Of a DNA stretch of 64,000 nt, positions 1-12,676 are shown piece by piece (position 1 is the stretch's first letter; each line of letters starts with the position of its first letter). This DNA is from Octopus vulgaris. Taxonomy: Eukaryota. The notes under the pieces were generated by a model. That model saw nothing but the letters and a program-made list of their open reading frames with translations, was not told where the DNA came from and ran no database searches. Location: contig OX597830.1 in NCBI GenBank assembly GCA_951406725.2, positions 65,782,001 to 65,846,000 of the forward strand. Reading direction: 5' to 3'. Both the position numbers and the translations under genes were made by a program.

Positions 1-97
1 TTTTTGAACCTTATTCATTTCTTATCAGAGATGTGTACATCACTTTGTTGAATCTCAAAGAAACAACCACCCAATCTTGTTCATATACTCAATAAAT

Positions 98-930
98 TTA
101 GCCGCTACAGAAAATAATACTTATTTTACGCTGGTATATAGAATTTTTAATTTTAGAGTTACTTGACATAAACTTAATTCTGTTGGAATTGACTTCAGAT
201 ACAATAACCTTATCATCAATATTTCTAGAGGGATGGATGGTATTAGCTAGATTAATGTTAGCATTTGTAAATGTATTGATATTTAACAGTTTGTTATTAT
301 GTGAAGAGATAATTTGTAAGAGATTTTTTGTGTTGGAAAAACCAATTCTAACTGTATGTGAATTGATAATAGAGTAATACCTAGAATTCTTTGGAAAATT
401 CCTAACAACAGCTTGACGAAACAACAATGGGAGATTAGATTTAATTTGTCTCCCATATGGAAGAATTAACCAAATATTTAATTTAATTTGGCTAATACCA
501 TCCATCCCTCTAGAAATATTGATAACAAGATTATTGTATCTGAAGTCAATTCCAACAGAATTACGTTTATGTCAAGTAACTCTAAAATTAAAAATTCTAT
601 ATACCAGTGTAAAATAAGTATCCATAATAAAGTACGATTTTACATTGGAAGCACGTCGTTACAGTTATCTAAAATAATTTTTATCCATTACTCAACAATT
701 ACGGATAGGAATAAATGTAACAGTACAAGGCTCAGTAAATTAATTTGGGATCTAAAAGACTATAATGAACAATTTAATTTAGAATGGTTGATTCTCTCAA
801 TCTCGATACCTTATGATAAAAGCAAGGAATTCTGTCTTCTCTGAACTATTTTTCATTATTTTTTCGAAAAATCCCCTAGTAAATCCGATGTAAACATTGG
901 CAAAAACACACCTTTAGTTCATATAAGTAA
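98..930. mobile_element. Penelope-like element fragment with internal inversion (RT C-terminus on - strand, GIY-YIG on + strand)
   Basis: Minus strand IWLILPYGRQIKSN...NFPKNSRYYSIINSHTVRIGFS...IISSHNNKLL. Plus strand IYQCKI...FYIGST...NSTRLSKLIWDLKD...LEWLIL...PYDKSKEFCLL. About 130 bp is duplicated in inverted orientation (118-248 vs 488-622). Confidence 0.75.
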
Positions 931-1131
931 TCTTTATCATTATATATAATTTAGACATTAATTTTCTTTTTATATTTAGCATTCACTAAAAAAATATCCC
1001 TCCTCTTTCTATAAGCTACTTCTGACGTTATATATAGCGTTTTTTCAAACAATATTAATAGCATTCAGTAAATCACTATACATATCCATCATTTTCTCTT
1101 AAAATGTCTTATTGATGAGTTTCATTTCTTC

Positions 1132-1219
1132 ACTTCTCTGAAGAGAAGATTACATTGTTTTACACCATTTATTCCTTGGGAATAATATCAGTGAAATCTT
1201 CAAAACATGTTTCGGAAGT
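1132..1219 (+). ncRNA. Degenerate minimal hammerhead ribozyme in the PLE 3' region
   Basis: Stem I acttct/ggaagt, core CTGAAGA, stem II gaagat/atcttc, palindromic aaacatgttt. GAAA is mutated to AAAA. Confidence 0.45.
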
Positions 1220-1416
1220 AAAAGTATTTGAATTATACCTGCATTAAACTCCATTCATTTATTTATATATTATACAAAAAATTCCACGTAAACCCGAAGT
1301 TTCTACCTTTAAAAACAAGGAGTTACAACCTCTTTGCTTGTGTGATTTTTTGCTACCCTGGTAACTATTTATCTATTTTTTCCATGTTAATTGTTAACGA
1401 GGGAAAAATACACTCA

Positions 1417-1484
<68 letters not shown>

Positions 1485-1693
1485 GCTGAGGATGACTCCA
1501 TTAATTAGGAGCAAGTTCCACACAATTTCTCTGGAGGAAATATACCACAAGGGTTTGAGCCAACGCAAAGTAGAATGTTGCATGGTGGTATTGAATTCCG
1601 GGGAACCTGATTGCCATAGAAAACTTCTTAACAGTTTGACTATACCTGGCAAAGAGCATCACTCATTCGTTTTTGCATGTTCTATTCCAACAG

Positions 1694-2070
1694 GGGGCTA
1701 CAGTTTCCTAGAGACGTATCAACCGCCACGTCGTGTGACTTACTTTGTCAATTTCTTCACGGCCAACTGCACTGGAAATGCACAGACGGAAGGCGAACAC
1801 CTTGAACAAAACTTGGACTGTCCTATGAGTAGCTCATTGAAGCTGTTGAGTTATACCGATAACAAACTGTTGACTCGAACATTGGCTGCCCAGGCTGGTG
1901 TACCTTATCCAACCACACTGGCGTTTATAAAACATTCTAACGTCGTATTGGATACGAGAGGGCTACAGATCACTGTCCAAGTCATACCAGAAAACATTTC
2001 CGACAAACAACTGCAGTTGACCTTCAAGGATAAAATCGAAACGTTTTTAGCCACCCACAGTTTCAATAAG
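1694..2070 (+). CDS. CARNS1: Carnosine synthase 1-like, first visible coding exon (upstream exons probably outside the window)
   Basis: Acceptor tttttgcatgttctattccaacag|G (phase 1) and donor AAG|gtaagt. Encodes GGYSFLETYQPPRRVTYFV...LDCPMSSS...DNKLLTRTLAAQAGVPYPTTLAF, matching recalled vertebrate CARNS1 GGLTFLDDFVPPRRATYFL...LTCPTG...DRLLTRQLLAQQGGVAVPATLAF. Confidence 0.85.
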
Positions 2071-2126
2071 GTAAGTGTAAACGTAATAAGCATATAGGTT
2101 TGTTTGTATTTTTTTGTATTGAAACT

Positions 2127-2192
<66 letters not shown>

Positions 2193-2659
2193 CACACACA
2201 CACACACACACACGCTGTGCATTTGAAGTTAGACTATCTAATAACAGCAAATACATCCTTTCAAGTGCTTAGTCCAAAGTCACTTCTTTCATACACCACC
2301 ACCACCACCACCACCAGACCACCACCACCATCATCGTCATCATCACCACTGCCATCATCCTTATCATCATCATCATCAACGACAACAGCAACAACAACAA
2401 CAACAACAACAGCAATAATAATCATTTCTACTATAGTTACAAGGCCTGAAATTTTGAAGGGAAAGGGTCAGTTGATTTCAATCAACATCAGTATTTACTC
2501 AGTATTTATTTTATTGACATCCCCCCCAAGGGGAATGAAAGGCAAAGTCATTGCTGGTGGAATCTGAACTCAGAGCTTAAAGATGGACAAAATGTCGCTA
2601 ATCATCTTGCCCCGGGATGCTAATGATTTTGCCATCTCAATAATAATTATACTACTACA

Positions 2660-2695
<36 letters not shown>

Positions 2696-2879
2696 GCTAC
2701 TTGTTGTGACCCCCTTCGGTCAGAAACTGACCATGGGATTGCACCTAGAAAGTTACCCTTCGAGGCACAAGTCTGGGCAAGGTTGTTTATGGAAGACCAG
2801 CAGTCACTCACACATACCAGCCACTGATGTTATTCAAGGGAAAGGCAAAGGGGCCGATACAGCTTGGCACCAGTGATGT

Positions 2880-3203
2880 CGCAGCTCATTTTTTAACGTG
2901 CAAGTGGCTGAGCACTCCACGGACACGTGTACCCGTAATGTAGTTCTCGGGGAGATTCAGCGTGACACAGGGTGTGACAAGGCTGGCCCTTTGAAATACA
3001 GGTACAACAGAAACAGGAAGAAAGCGTGAGAGAATGTTGTGGTGAAAGAATACAGCAGGCTTCACCACCACCCCCTGTTGGAGCATCGTGGAGCTTTAGG
3101 TGTTTTCACTTAATAAACAGTCAAAATGCCCGGTTTGGGAATCGAAACCGCAATTCTACGACCGCAAGTCCGCTGCCCTAACCACTGGGCCATTGCGCCT
3201 CTA
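2880..3203 (-). mobile_element. tRNA-headed SINE (family A)
   Basis: Reverse complement of the gtggaggcgcaatggcccagtggttagggcagcggact...gtttcgattccc head (A and B boxes); same family as 15147-15536. Confidence 0.75.
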
Positions 3204-3651
3204 CTACTACTACTACTACTACTACTAATAATAATAATAATAATAATGCTTAGCAGTGTTTCAGCTGTCTTTACATTCTGAGTTCAAATTCCGCTGAGGT
3301 CGACTTTGCCTTTCATCCTTTCAGGGTTACTAAGTTTAGTACCAGTTGCGTACTGGTTTCGATCTTATTGACTGGCCTCCTCCCACAAAATTTCAGGCCT
3401 TGTGCCTAGAGTAGATAAGATTATTATTATTATTATTAAGGTGACAAGCTGGCAGAATCGTTAGCATGCCGGGCAAAATGCTTAGCGGTATTTCATCTGT
3501 CCTTAATGCCTGAGTTCAAATTCTGCTGAGGCTGACTTTGCCTGTCATCCTTTTGGGGTCGATAAACTAAGTGCCAGTGAAACATTGAGGTCAATATAAT
3601 CGACTAGTCCCCTCCCCGTAAATTTCAGGCCATGTGCCTTTAGCTGAAAGG

Positions 3652-3714
<63 letters not shown>

Positions 3715-3743
3715 CATCATTATTATCATCATTATTATCATTA

Positions 3744-3792
<49 letters not shown>

Positions 3793-4019
3793 CATTATTG
3801 TCAAGGTGATGAGCTGGCAGAATCATTAGCATGCCGGACGAAATGCTTAGCGGTGTTTCTCCTCTTGCTACATTCTGAGTTCAGATTCTGCCAAGGTCAA
3901 CTTTACCTTTCATCCTTTCGGGGTTGATAAAATAAGGGACCAGTGAAACACTGGGATTGATGTAATCGACTTATCTCCTCCCCCAAAATTGTTGCCCTTG
4001 TGGCAAGATTTGAAACCAT

Positions 4020-4043
4020 TTATTATGATTATTATTATTATTA

Positions 4044-4093
<50 letters not shown>

Positions 4094-4094
4094 G

Positions 4095-4130
<36 letters not shown>

Positions 4131-4165
4131 GTTGTTTATTATTATTATTATTATTATTATTGTTG

Positions 4166-4255
<90 letters not shown>

Positions 4256-4382
4256 GTTTTATTATTATTATTATTATTATTATTGCTTATTATTATTATT
4301 ATTGTTATTATTATTCTTGTTTATTATTATTATTATTATTATTATTCTTGTTTATTATTATTATTATTATTATTATTCATGT

Positions 4383-4413
<31 letters not shown>

Positions 4414-4415
4414 TG

Positions 4416-4449
<34 letters not shown>

Positions 4450-4453
4450 TTGT

Positions 4454-4484
<31 letters not shown>

Positions 4485-4486
4485 TG

Positions 4487-4585
<99 letters not shown>

Positions 4586-4652
4586 TGTTTATTATTATTA
4601 TTATTATTATTATTCTTGTTTATTATTATTATTATTATTATTATTATTCTTG

Positions 4653-4687
<35 letters not shown>

Positions 4688-4689
4688 TG

Positions 4690-4733
<44 letters not shown>

Positions 4734-4735
4734 TG

Positions 4736-4788
<53 letters not shown>

Positions 4789-4791
4789 TGT

Positions 4792-4822
<31 letters not shown>

Positions 4823-4824
4823 TG

Positions 4825-4880
<56 letters not shown>

Positions 4881-4882
4881 TG

Positions 4883-4926
<44 letters not shown>

Positions 4927-4928
4927 TG

Positions 4929-4972
<44 letters not shown>

Positions 4973-4980
4973 TATTCATG

Positions 4981-5013
<33 letters not shown>

Positions 5014-5139
5014 GTTTATTATTATTATTATTATTATTCTTGTTTATTATTATTATTATTATTCATGTTTATTATTATTATTATTATTTTTATTACTATT
5101 ATTATTGTTTATTATTATTATTATTATTATTATTCATGT

Positions 5140-5170
<31 letters not shown>

Positions 5171-5172
5171 TG

Positions 5173-5206
<34 letters not shown>

Positions 5207-5225
5207 TTGTTTATTATTATTATTA

Positions 5226-5274
<49 letters not shown>

Positions 5275-5276
5275 TG

Positions 5277-5326
<50 letters not shown>

Positions 5327-5328
5327 TG

Positions 5329-5372
<44 letters not shown>

Positions 5373-5374
5373 TG

Positions 5375-5429
<55 letters not shown>

Positions 5430-5432
5430 TTG

Positions 5433-5483
<51 letters not shown>

Positions 5484-5492
5484 GTTATTATA
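4020..5492. repeat. Interrupted (TTA)n array, about 1.5 kb
   Basis: TTA runs punctuated by recurring ttcatgtt / ttcttgtt / ttgtt motifs. Confidence 0.95.
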
Positions 5493-5696
5493 TCTATGGT
5501 GTCAAATGCTTTCCTGCAGTGTCCATACTGTATTTTCTGGTCATCTCTAGGAATACTTCTTTTAATTATGTACCCTCCCCAAGACATTGACACTTGGCTG
5601 CTACCTATTTTATCAACTCCAGACAGATGTAAAGCGAAAATATATTAAAATGTATATTATTCTGATTTTTCTTTTCTCCATTTCTTCTCATTCCAG

Positions 5697-5865
5697 CTTG
5701 TTATAAAACCCTCTGGTCCTTCGTGGTTTGGAAGCAAACTGTTGTCTTTCAATAAACCCATTGTGGAAGAATTAGTGGAAACAGCAGTTTCAGTTTACCA
5801 CAGATTAGAAGAAGGTGATGCAGTAATTTTAGAAGAATGCATTGACAACTTACCTGTTACTGAAG
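5697..5865 (+). CDS. CARNS1: CARNS1-like coding exon 2
   Basis: Acceptor ttcttctcattccag|CTT, donor G|gtgag, 169 nt, phase 0->1. Encodes LVIKPSGPSWFGSK...LEEGDAVILEECI (N-terminal ATP-grasp K-x-S-G region). Missing from the ORF track. Confidence 0.85.
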
Positions 5866-6044
5866 GTGAGATCAAAACTTTTGTTTAATATCATTTATAT
5901 TACAATCTCATCAGTTGCTTATGTTTGATGTCTTGTCTCATGTCGTCCGGACTGGGCAGATCTATGATTAATGTGTTTCCACTTGTGATGATTGCCACAT
6001 TTTGTTTTCAGAAAGAATGCATTTCTAGGACTGCAATATTCAAT

Positions 6045-6340
6045 GTGTGGAGGCGTGTGGTTCAGTGGTTAGGGTGTCAGCATCATGATCGTATGATTGT
6101 GGTTTCAATTCCTGAAATAAACTAGTACTTTCATGCATTATGTGGATTCGATTCCTGGACCAGGCGATGCATTGTGTCCTTGAGCAAAACACTTCATTTC
6201 ACTTTGCTGCAGTCCACTCAGCTGGCAAAGATGAGTAACACTGCGATGGACTGGTGTCCCGTCCGATCTGGGGAACACATAGCTATCGAAACCGGGAAAC
6301 CGGGTCCATGAGCCTGGCTAGGCTTTAAAAGGGCGCATTT
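6045..6340 (+). mobile_element. tRNA-headed SINE (family B)
   Basis: tgtggaggcgtgtggttcagtggttagggtgtcagcatcatgatcg head. Related copies at 47860-48117 (-) and 50945-51425 (-). Confidence 0.7.
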
Positions 6341-7488
6341 ATTTTTTCTAATATTCAATGTAACTTTTTTTTAATAGCAGGGAGTGATTTGAGGGAGACT
6401 TAGCTATTATCTCCAGTAGATTTCTTTTGTGCAGTAAAACTTTAAAAAGTTGATGAGTGATTGGCTCAAGGTATCTGTCTTTAGTCCTTTCAGTCTCATT
6501 CACCATACAACCTCTTTCACCATAGCCACCAGTCAGAGAAAAACTGCCTGTTCTTCTTGATCAAAAGAAGCCAACAGGACAATCTTCACGACTGAGTCGA
6601 CGAATAGCTCAAACCATCCTACACATGATGGAGGCTGTTTGACATAACTCAAGAAACCAGAAAAGCTTGAGCACTGTATGAGCATATGCAGATGGTTTCC
6701 TCATTCTACACACATCTCAGGCAGGCCCAGCTGACAGTGCTACCATGCCTGTTGAGTTTATCCTGAACTGGCAATGCCCCTGGTAGCACTGCCAGGACAG
6801 AGATTTCTGGAAGTCATCCCTAGGCTTTAGACCAAAGATCTTCTGGAACAGACCAGCTAGTTAATTGTTGTTGATGTCCATATTCTCTTTCAGGACATGG
6901 TTCTTCTGAGAGGCAATAAACTAAGAACTTGAGTCACTTTTACCGACTGTCTACTTCCTCCAAATATCTGACCATGTCATCATCATTATCCAGTTTTTTA
7001 AATCCAGGTTTTATCCCTGTTAACAGGGGTGGCTGGATCTACCTCAAAGCCATCTTTCCCGGTTTTGGTTGTCCTCCTTTTTCAGGTGCAGCTCATCCCA
7101 ACCGTTGGGTTGGCTGGTGCCCTTTCTCCTTTGCTATCATGAGGCTTTCTTGGAGCTGGATTTTCTATGGAAAGCATGCCCTTGTTTACCCCCAACCTCA
7201 GTTTCTAGACATGAGTTGTCTCAAGACCAAGGTCTCTAATATGATTTTTAACAAATGTGGTGGAAAACTGGCTCAGGAAGGCAGGGACTATTCCCTAAGA
7301 CCCCTTTCAGAGCCCCACTACATATGTGCTTATGTTAATAATCCAATTATCAATTATCCTCTGACTCATCCCAAATCTGTGGCCTTCTGCTTGTGTTATA
7401 AACCAATATCTTATTTCTCTCTCACCCCCAAATCAAAAGTATTATTTCACTTTATTTATTTTGCATCTATTTATTTATATTGAAACAG

Positions 7489-7553
7489 ATTACAACTTTC
7501 GTGTTAGAACAACAGTATGTCGAACATCAGATGACCTTCCACACGTGTCAAAG
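7489..7553 (+). CDS. CARNS1: CARNS1-like coding exon 3
   Basis: Acceptor aaacag|AT, donor AAG|gttagt, 65 nt, phase 1->0. Encodes DYNFRVRTTVCRTSDDLPHVSK (cf. recalled VRICAVVCRTQGDRPLLSK). Confidence 0.85.
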
Positions 7554-8682
7554 GTTAGTTTGTTTGACTTTGTAACATTTGCAACACATCACAACAATAC
7601 CCAATCCATATTAATATCTGTACATGATGAATCCTCATGTATGTAAAAACAAGTTGTCCACAAAACATTAAAACAACAAAGGGATCTAATAAGCTAATAA
7701 GCAGTCTTTTTATTTTTATCTATTCTATTTTTTACTAAACTCGCGCTAACCAATAATATTAAACCAACAAGGGAACCTCTACATGGTGACTTGGCCTGAT
7801 AGAGATGGAAACCAAGGCTTACTCAAATCACATACCATTGTTTGTTTAAAGAAAATGTATATTTGGGAATATACATCTGGTGTGTTTATTTAAGTGTGTG
7901 TGTGCAGGCATGTGTGTATAATATGTTTATGTGAATGTAAGTTTATGCATTTGTGTATATATGCTAGTTTCTTTCTGTTGGTATGTCTACGTTTGTGTCT
8001 GTGTGTATATATGCAGGTATGTAAGGATATGTACGTATGTCTTTATGTATGTATGTATGTAGTCGAAAGACACCTGTTGTTATGTTCTGTTATTATTTAT
8101 ATTGTATTTTTATTGTATTTATATTTGTGTAACTTTGTCCGATTTTTTTGTCCTTGTTTTTGTATACATTCGCTACTTTCTTCCAAGGAATCTAATGCTC
8201 TTAGCTTAGTTTTTCCTCGGGGCTGGCCAGATTGAAGCAATCTCAAGTATAATCAGCCGAAATTGAGAAGATAATCTGGTACTTGACTGAGGATAGAGGG
8301 CTTTGAATGACCCATCCTTGTTCTTGTTGTATCGTCTATCTGGATGTTTTCTTGTCCCTTTTTGTATCACCTAGCTGTCTGGATGTTTTGCGTTCTTGTC
8401 CCATTTTGTATTTCATATATATATATATACTTATATACATACATATATATGCGTGACTGTTTGTGTGTATGTGATTGAGATATATGTAGTGTGTGTGTGA
8501 TTATATATGTGATTGCTTATGTTTGGTCAACCCTCACCGCAAGAATGCACTATTAGATCAGCTTTAATCTGATCATGCAAAACAATAATGATGGTAGTAG
8601 GAGGTAAGAAGCAACCCCTACTCCTACCACCATTGGTACTTCTTCCTTTTCTTCGTAAAACAAACCTTTTCATTGTTTTCAG

Positions 8683-8902
8683 ATTGTCTGTGGCATTACC
8701 AAGTCAATAAACCAAGACTATATTGTCCCACAGTCATTGAAAGCATCTCTCAAAACTTGGCATGTCTCAGAAGAAAATATAAAAGTCATCAAGAACAAGC
8801 TGATCAGCATGTCTGAACGGACTCTGAAAGCCATCATGTCCTTTGAGGACACACTTAACGAAGACGAACGAGGTGGATTTGGTGCTCAGACAGATATAAT
8901 TG
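8683..8902 (+). CDS. CARNS1: CARNS1-like coding exon 4
   Basis: Acceptor cattgttttcag|ATT, donor G|gtaaag, 220 nt, phase 0->1. Encodes IVCGITK...EDERGGFGAQTDIIG (cf. recalled VVCGVG...EQRGGRRAHTDFLG). Confidence 0.88.
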
Positions 8903-8984
8903 GTAAAGTATAAAACATCATAGATTGATTCTTATTTTGTCAATAATTTTTCTTTGAAATCGAAATTGCTCAAAAATCAATGGA

Positions 8985-9303
8985 AATTGTAGTTGTGGTA
9001 ACAGTGCCGGTGGCACGTAAAAGAACCATCCAAACTTGGCCATTGCCAGTGCCGCCCCAACTGGCCTCTGTGCCGGTGGCACGTAAAAAGCACCAACCGA
9101 TCGTGGCCATTGCCAGCCTCGCCTGGCATGTAAAAAGCACCCACTACGCTCACGGAGTGGTTGGCATTAGGAAGGGCATCCAGCTGTAGAAGCACTACCA
9201 GATCAGACAGGGCCTGGTGCAGCCTTCTGGCTTCCCAGACCCCAGTTGAACCGTCCAACCCATGCTAGCATGGAAAGCGGACGTTAAATGATGATGATGA
9301 TGA
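8985..9303 (+). mobile_element. Short interspersed repeat with (GAT)n tail (family E)
   Basis: gtgccggtggcacgtaaaagcacccactac...ggagtggttggcattaggaagggcatccagctgtaga...cccatgctagcatggaaagcggacgttaaatgatgatgat. Further copies near 17400, 31865, 36690, 53975 and 62488. Confidence 0.75.
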
Positions 9304-9606
9304 AACTGAGCAGAAAATGCAGCAGTCTTGCATAGTGATTGATAGCCTCATATCGTGTCATTGGAACCATATTGTAATAGCGAAGGGGACATAGAACTTG
9401 AAACTCGTGTGTTGTCACTCACACTTGTGTGTATTTATAAGTGAATTGTACAAAACCACACATTTATGACAATCCCATAAGAGTTTAGCACCTTAGCCAT
9501 CACATGTATTTACATAAACACATAAATACACACACACACCATTCTTTTACATCTATATTTGTAATGATCTGAACACTTAGTTTATTATCTTCATTCAAAA
9601 TTTCAG

Positions 9607-9869
9607 GACTTGACTTTTTAGTGCAGAAAACTCAGTCAGAATTCAAACCTGTGTTAATTGAAGTGAATGGACGTGATTGCCTGAAAAACTGCCAAATTAA
9701 TGAATTCATCAATAGAGACAAACTTGGAGAAGTTGTCAAAGAACTGGTGAATACCATGATTTCAAGATCCGAACGTTTTCTGGTGAAAGGTAAAACTGTT
9801 CTTTTTATCAGTGATGGAGAGTACGGAAAACGCTATACTTTGGAGGACACCAGAGGCTACGGAATTAAG
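9607..9869 (+). CDS. CARNS1: CARNS1-like coding exon 5
   Basis: Acceptor tttcag|GA, donor AAG|gtgaat, 263 nt, phase 1->0. Encodes GLDFLV...PVLIEVNGRDC...LVNTMISRSERFLVKGKTVL...YGIK. Confidence 0.88.
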
Positions 9870-10118
9870 GTGAATATTTGAAGTATATTTCCTGGCTTGT
9901 TTGCTGTTTTTTTTTTATAATAGTTGGTTTGGCATAACAGTCAAGCAATAAATCCTCTCAATTTTCAATTCAATTCAAATATTTTTGATTGTCAAAAATG
10001 GGTGAAAGTGAATGGTCATGTGGGAACCAACAAGCTTTGAGTTATTTGTGTTATGCACTCCAGATTTATCTCCCTTGGATTATAGTTTCATGGCTTTCTA
10101 TGTAAGTGGTACTCTACA

Positions 10119-10982
10119 TCTACTACATGTGGAAAATTCTGTCTGTGGGTGTGTTTGTTTGTGGATTTGTTACCTAATTCCTCCAACATCGTTTTATCAA
10201 TTTTGATGAAACTTGACACATGAGTAGAACTAATATCGGGAAACCTCGTGACATACTTAGATTGTTGAAAAAAAATCGATAACAGGGCCCCTGGAAGGGA
10301 TCCTTATATCTACTACATATAACTAATATTTTTTATTTAAATACCCAAGGGAAATAACCCATACCACCTGCACAATATTTTTTTCTTTAAGCACCCAAGG
10401 GAAATAACCCATAGCACCTGCATTTACAGTTGTTAGTTTTTAGCAATGCAATCAATATTTGATTCTCACAATCAGCGGACCTAATTCTGCATTTCACTAC
10501 TCACAGTTTTGAACTGCTAAACCTTATTATTGCACTTTCTTGGTTTCGATCTTAAACTTGAAAGACTTCATTCTCTCTCACCAACCTCTCTTGACAACCT
10601 CCATCAACTTCTCTCACCAACCTCCGACAGCCTCTCTCACCAACCTCCAGCAACCTCTCTCACCAACTTCCAACATCCTCTCTCGCCAACCTCTGACAAC
10701 CTCTCTCACCAACCTCTGACAACTTCTCTCGCCAACCTCCGACAACTTCTCTCACCAACCTCTGACAACCTCTCTCGCCAACCTCCGACAACCTCTCTCG
10801 CCAACCTCTGACAATCTCTCCCTCCTCCAGCTGACAGATTTTTGTACTTTATTGGGATGGAAAATACACCTTTTGTGGAAGTTATAACAAAATTGCTTTC
10901 TTATATCAGAGTAATATGGCATTTCAATAAGGTGTTTAAATAGAACATCTTTACCCCTGGGAATTCCCAGGTTAATAAGCAG
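10119..10982 (+). mobile_element. Helitron-like element in a CARNS1 intron, carrying a 23-bp minisatellite
   Basis: a|tctactacat...tgtctgt..gtttgtttg start; 3' hairpin cctgggaattcccagg; terminal CTAG degenerate. Confidence 0.45.
10575..10820. repeat. 23-bp minisatellite
   Basis: Unit ccaacctctgacaacctctctc(a/g), about 10 copies. Confidence 0.9.
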
Positions 10983-11440
10983 TTTACTGTCATAAAATAG
11001 GGAAAATAAATTGTAATAGTTACCAGAAGTGACAATAGTGATATACCAAAATTTCATTAAACATGTTTGACATCTGATGGGTGGGCTTCTTATGAGGGTC
11101 TTTTCAACTTCTATATTCATGAAGTCATCAACGATTCACTCAATTTTGTTGATCCAAACAATGACAGAATCCATACACAGACTATAGAAGGGTGATGTAT
11201 GCTCACCAGGAAAAAACATTGGTGATGACTCTGGAGATGGCAATGATGATGATGATGATGACAATTGAATTTAGATAATATAGGTCTCAGATGCCCTTAA
11301 AATTACAGGCTGTCAATTGCTGGAACCTCGTTGGTCATAGAACTAATAGATTTATAACAGCAATAACAATCGTAAATTTAGATTTCTATGTATTATATTT
11401 TCCCAAATCATGTTTCCATTTTTGTTAATTTATTCCGCAG

Positions 11441-12676
11441 ATTGTGTTGGTAAATGCAGAAAAACCTAAAAACTTGAGTCAAGATATCACTTTCGTACCA
11501 CATGATCTGACTGACTTAAAGCGGACGTATAAAAATGCCACCGAAATTATTGCCAAGCTTCAAGCTAGAGGTATAACAATTGATGGCTGTATTACTTTCT
11601 GGGATGAAAAGGTCTGTCTTGTGGCAGCGATATGCGAACTTTTGAACCTAACAGGATCAAATTATAAAGCATACACCATTGCAAAAAATAAATACCTTAC
11701 TTTTAAATGGCTACAAAAGCGAAAGGGAGATATTCCTCATTGGCCACGTACGTTTTTGTATTCTTCAAACGTTTATGAAATCAATGTACAGTCTGATATC
11801 TCCAAAATCTTCCAAAACAACAAGCCTTCCTTACCTTTGGTATTAAAATTGGAATATGGATCAGGTGCAATTGGTGTTAAACTTGTGCAAAACGAAGAAG
11901 AGTGCCAACAGTATTATCAACAGTTATCGGACTTAGAAATGCCTGGTGTTGGTCTATCTTTAGGTCGTTCTTTTATATTGATGGATTACTTACAAGGCAC
12001 CGAACATGATGTGGATATCATAATATATAAGCGTAAATTAATCGCAGCTTTTGTGTCGGATAACGGTCCAACCAGGTTACCCAATTTCACAGAAACGGCA
12101 GCTCTTTTGCCTTCGATTCTTTCAGATGAAAAGCAGAACCAACTGATCGTTGCTGCTTACCAATGTTGTCTTGAAATCGGTTTAGAAAGCGGCGTTTTTA
12201 ACGTGGAAATGATTATGTCAGTGACGGGACCAAAACTTTGTGAGATTAATTCACGAATGGGTGGAGCCTATCTGAGGGACTGGATCAAATTGTGTTATGG
12301 AGTTGATATTATGTTTTGCGACTTATTAATATCTCTGGGTATCGAACCACATGTAAAATGTAAATATAGTCAAACGTATTTAGCGGGGATTATGTGCTTG
12401 GCTTCAGAGCATGCCCATATTTTCAAAGATGAGCAAAAAATGAATTTAATTCGAGCCAAACATGAATCCAAGCAAATACGATACAATCAATTTCTTGAAA
12501 AGCTTCATTTAGAATATGAAGAAGAGCTATACTTTGCAAGTATAGCAGTAATTGAGCCTGATCCAATAACTGCTAAAAGGTCATTGATAAAAATCTCAGA
12601 AGAACTTGGTATTAAAACCGATTCATACAATGTTGAACAATTCCTTAAATTCATTCCAAATGAGATACAAGAATAG
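11441..12676 (+). CDS. CARNS1: CARNS1-like terminal coding exon (C-terminal ATP-grasp domain)
   Basis: Acceptor tattccgcag|ATT to TAG, 411 codons. Motifs KLEYGSGAIGV, GTEHDVDI, FVSDNGPTRLPNFTETAA and GVFNVE..EINSRMGG are diagnostic of CARNS1/ATPGD1. Confidence 0.93.
   Translation: MVLVNAEKPKNLSQDITFVPHDLTDLKRTYKNATEIIAKLQARGITIDGCITFWDEKVCLVAAICELLNLTGSNYKAYTIAKNKYLTFKWLQKRKGDIPHWPRTFLYSSNVYEINVQSDISKIFQNNKPSLPLVLKLEYGSGAIGVKLVQNEEECQQYYQQLSDLEMPGVGLSLGRSFILMDYLQGTEHDVDIIIYKRKLIAAFVSDNGPTRLPNFTETAALLPSILSDEKQNQLIVAAYQCCLEIGLESGVFNVEMIMSVTGPKLCEINSRMGGAYLRDWIKLCYGVDIMFCDLLISLGIEPHVKCKYSQTYLAGIMCLASEHAHIFKDEQKMNLIRAKHESKQIRYNQFLEKLHLEYEEELYFASIAVIEPDPITAKRSLIKISEELGIKTDSYNVEQFLKFIPNEIQE

Noticed and set aside
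1228-1693. 5' part of the 289-aa ORF as the CARNS1 N-terminus
   Set aside because: It runs through (CT)n(AT)n, recalled homology begins only at the acceptor at 1694, and it is most likely open intron sequence. An alternative start at ATG 1483/1492 cannot be excluded.
3989-5648. Three ORFs over 500 aa
   Set aside because: Translations of the (TTA)n array (poly-I/Y/L).
8225-8320. Possible hammerhead in the intronic repeat
   Set aside because: Core nucleotides and stems do not fit without multiple exceptions.
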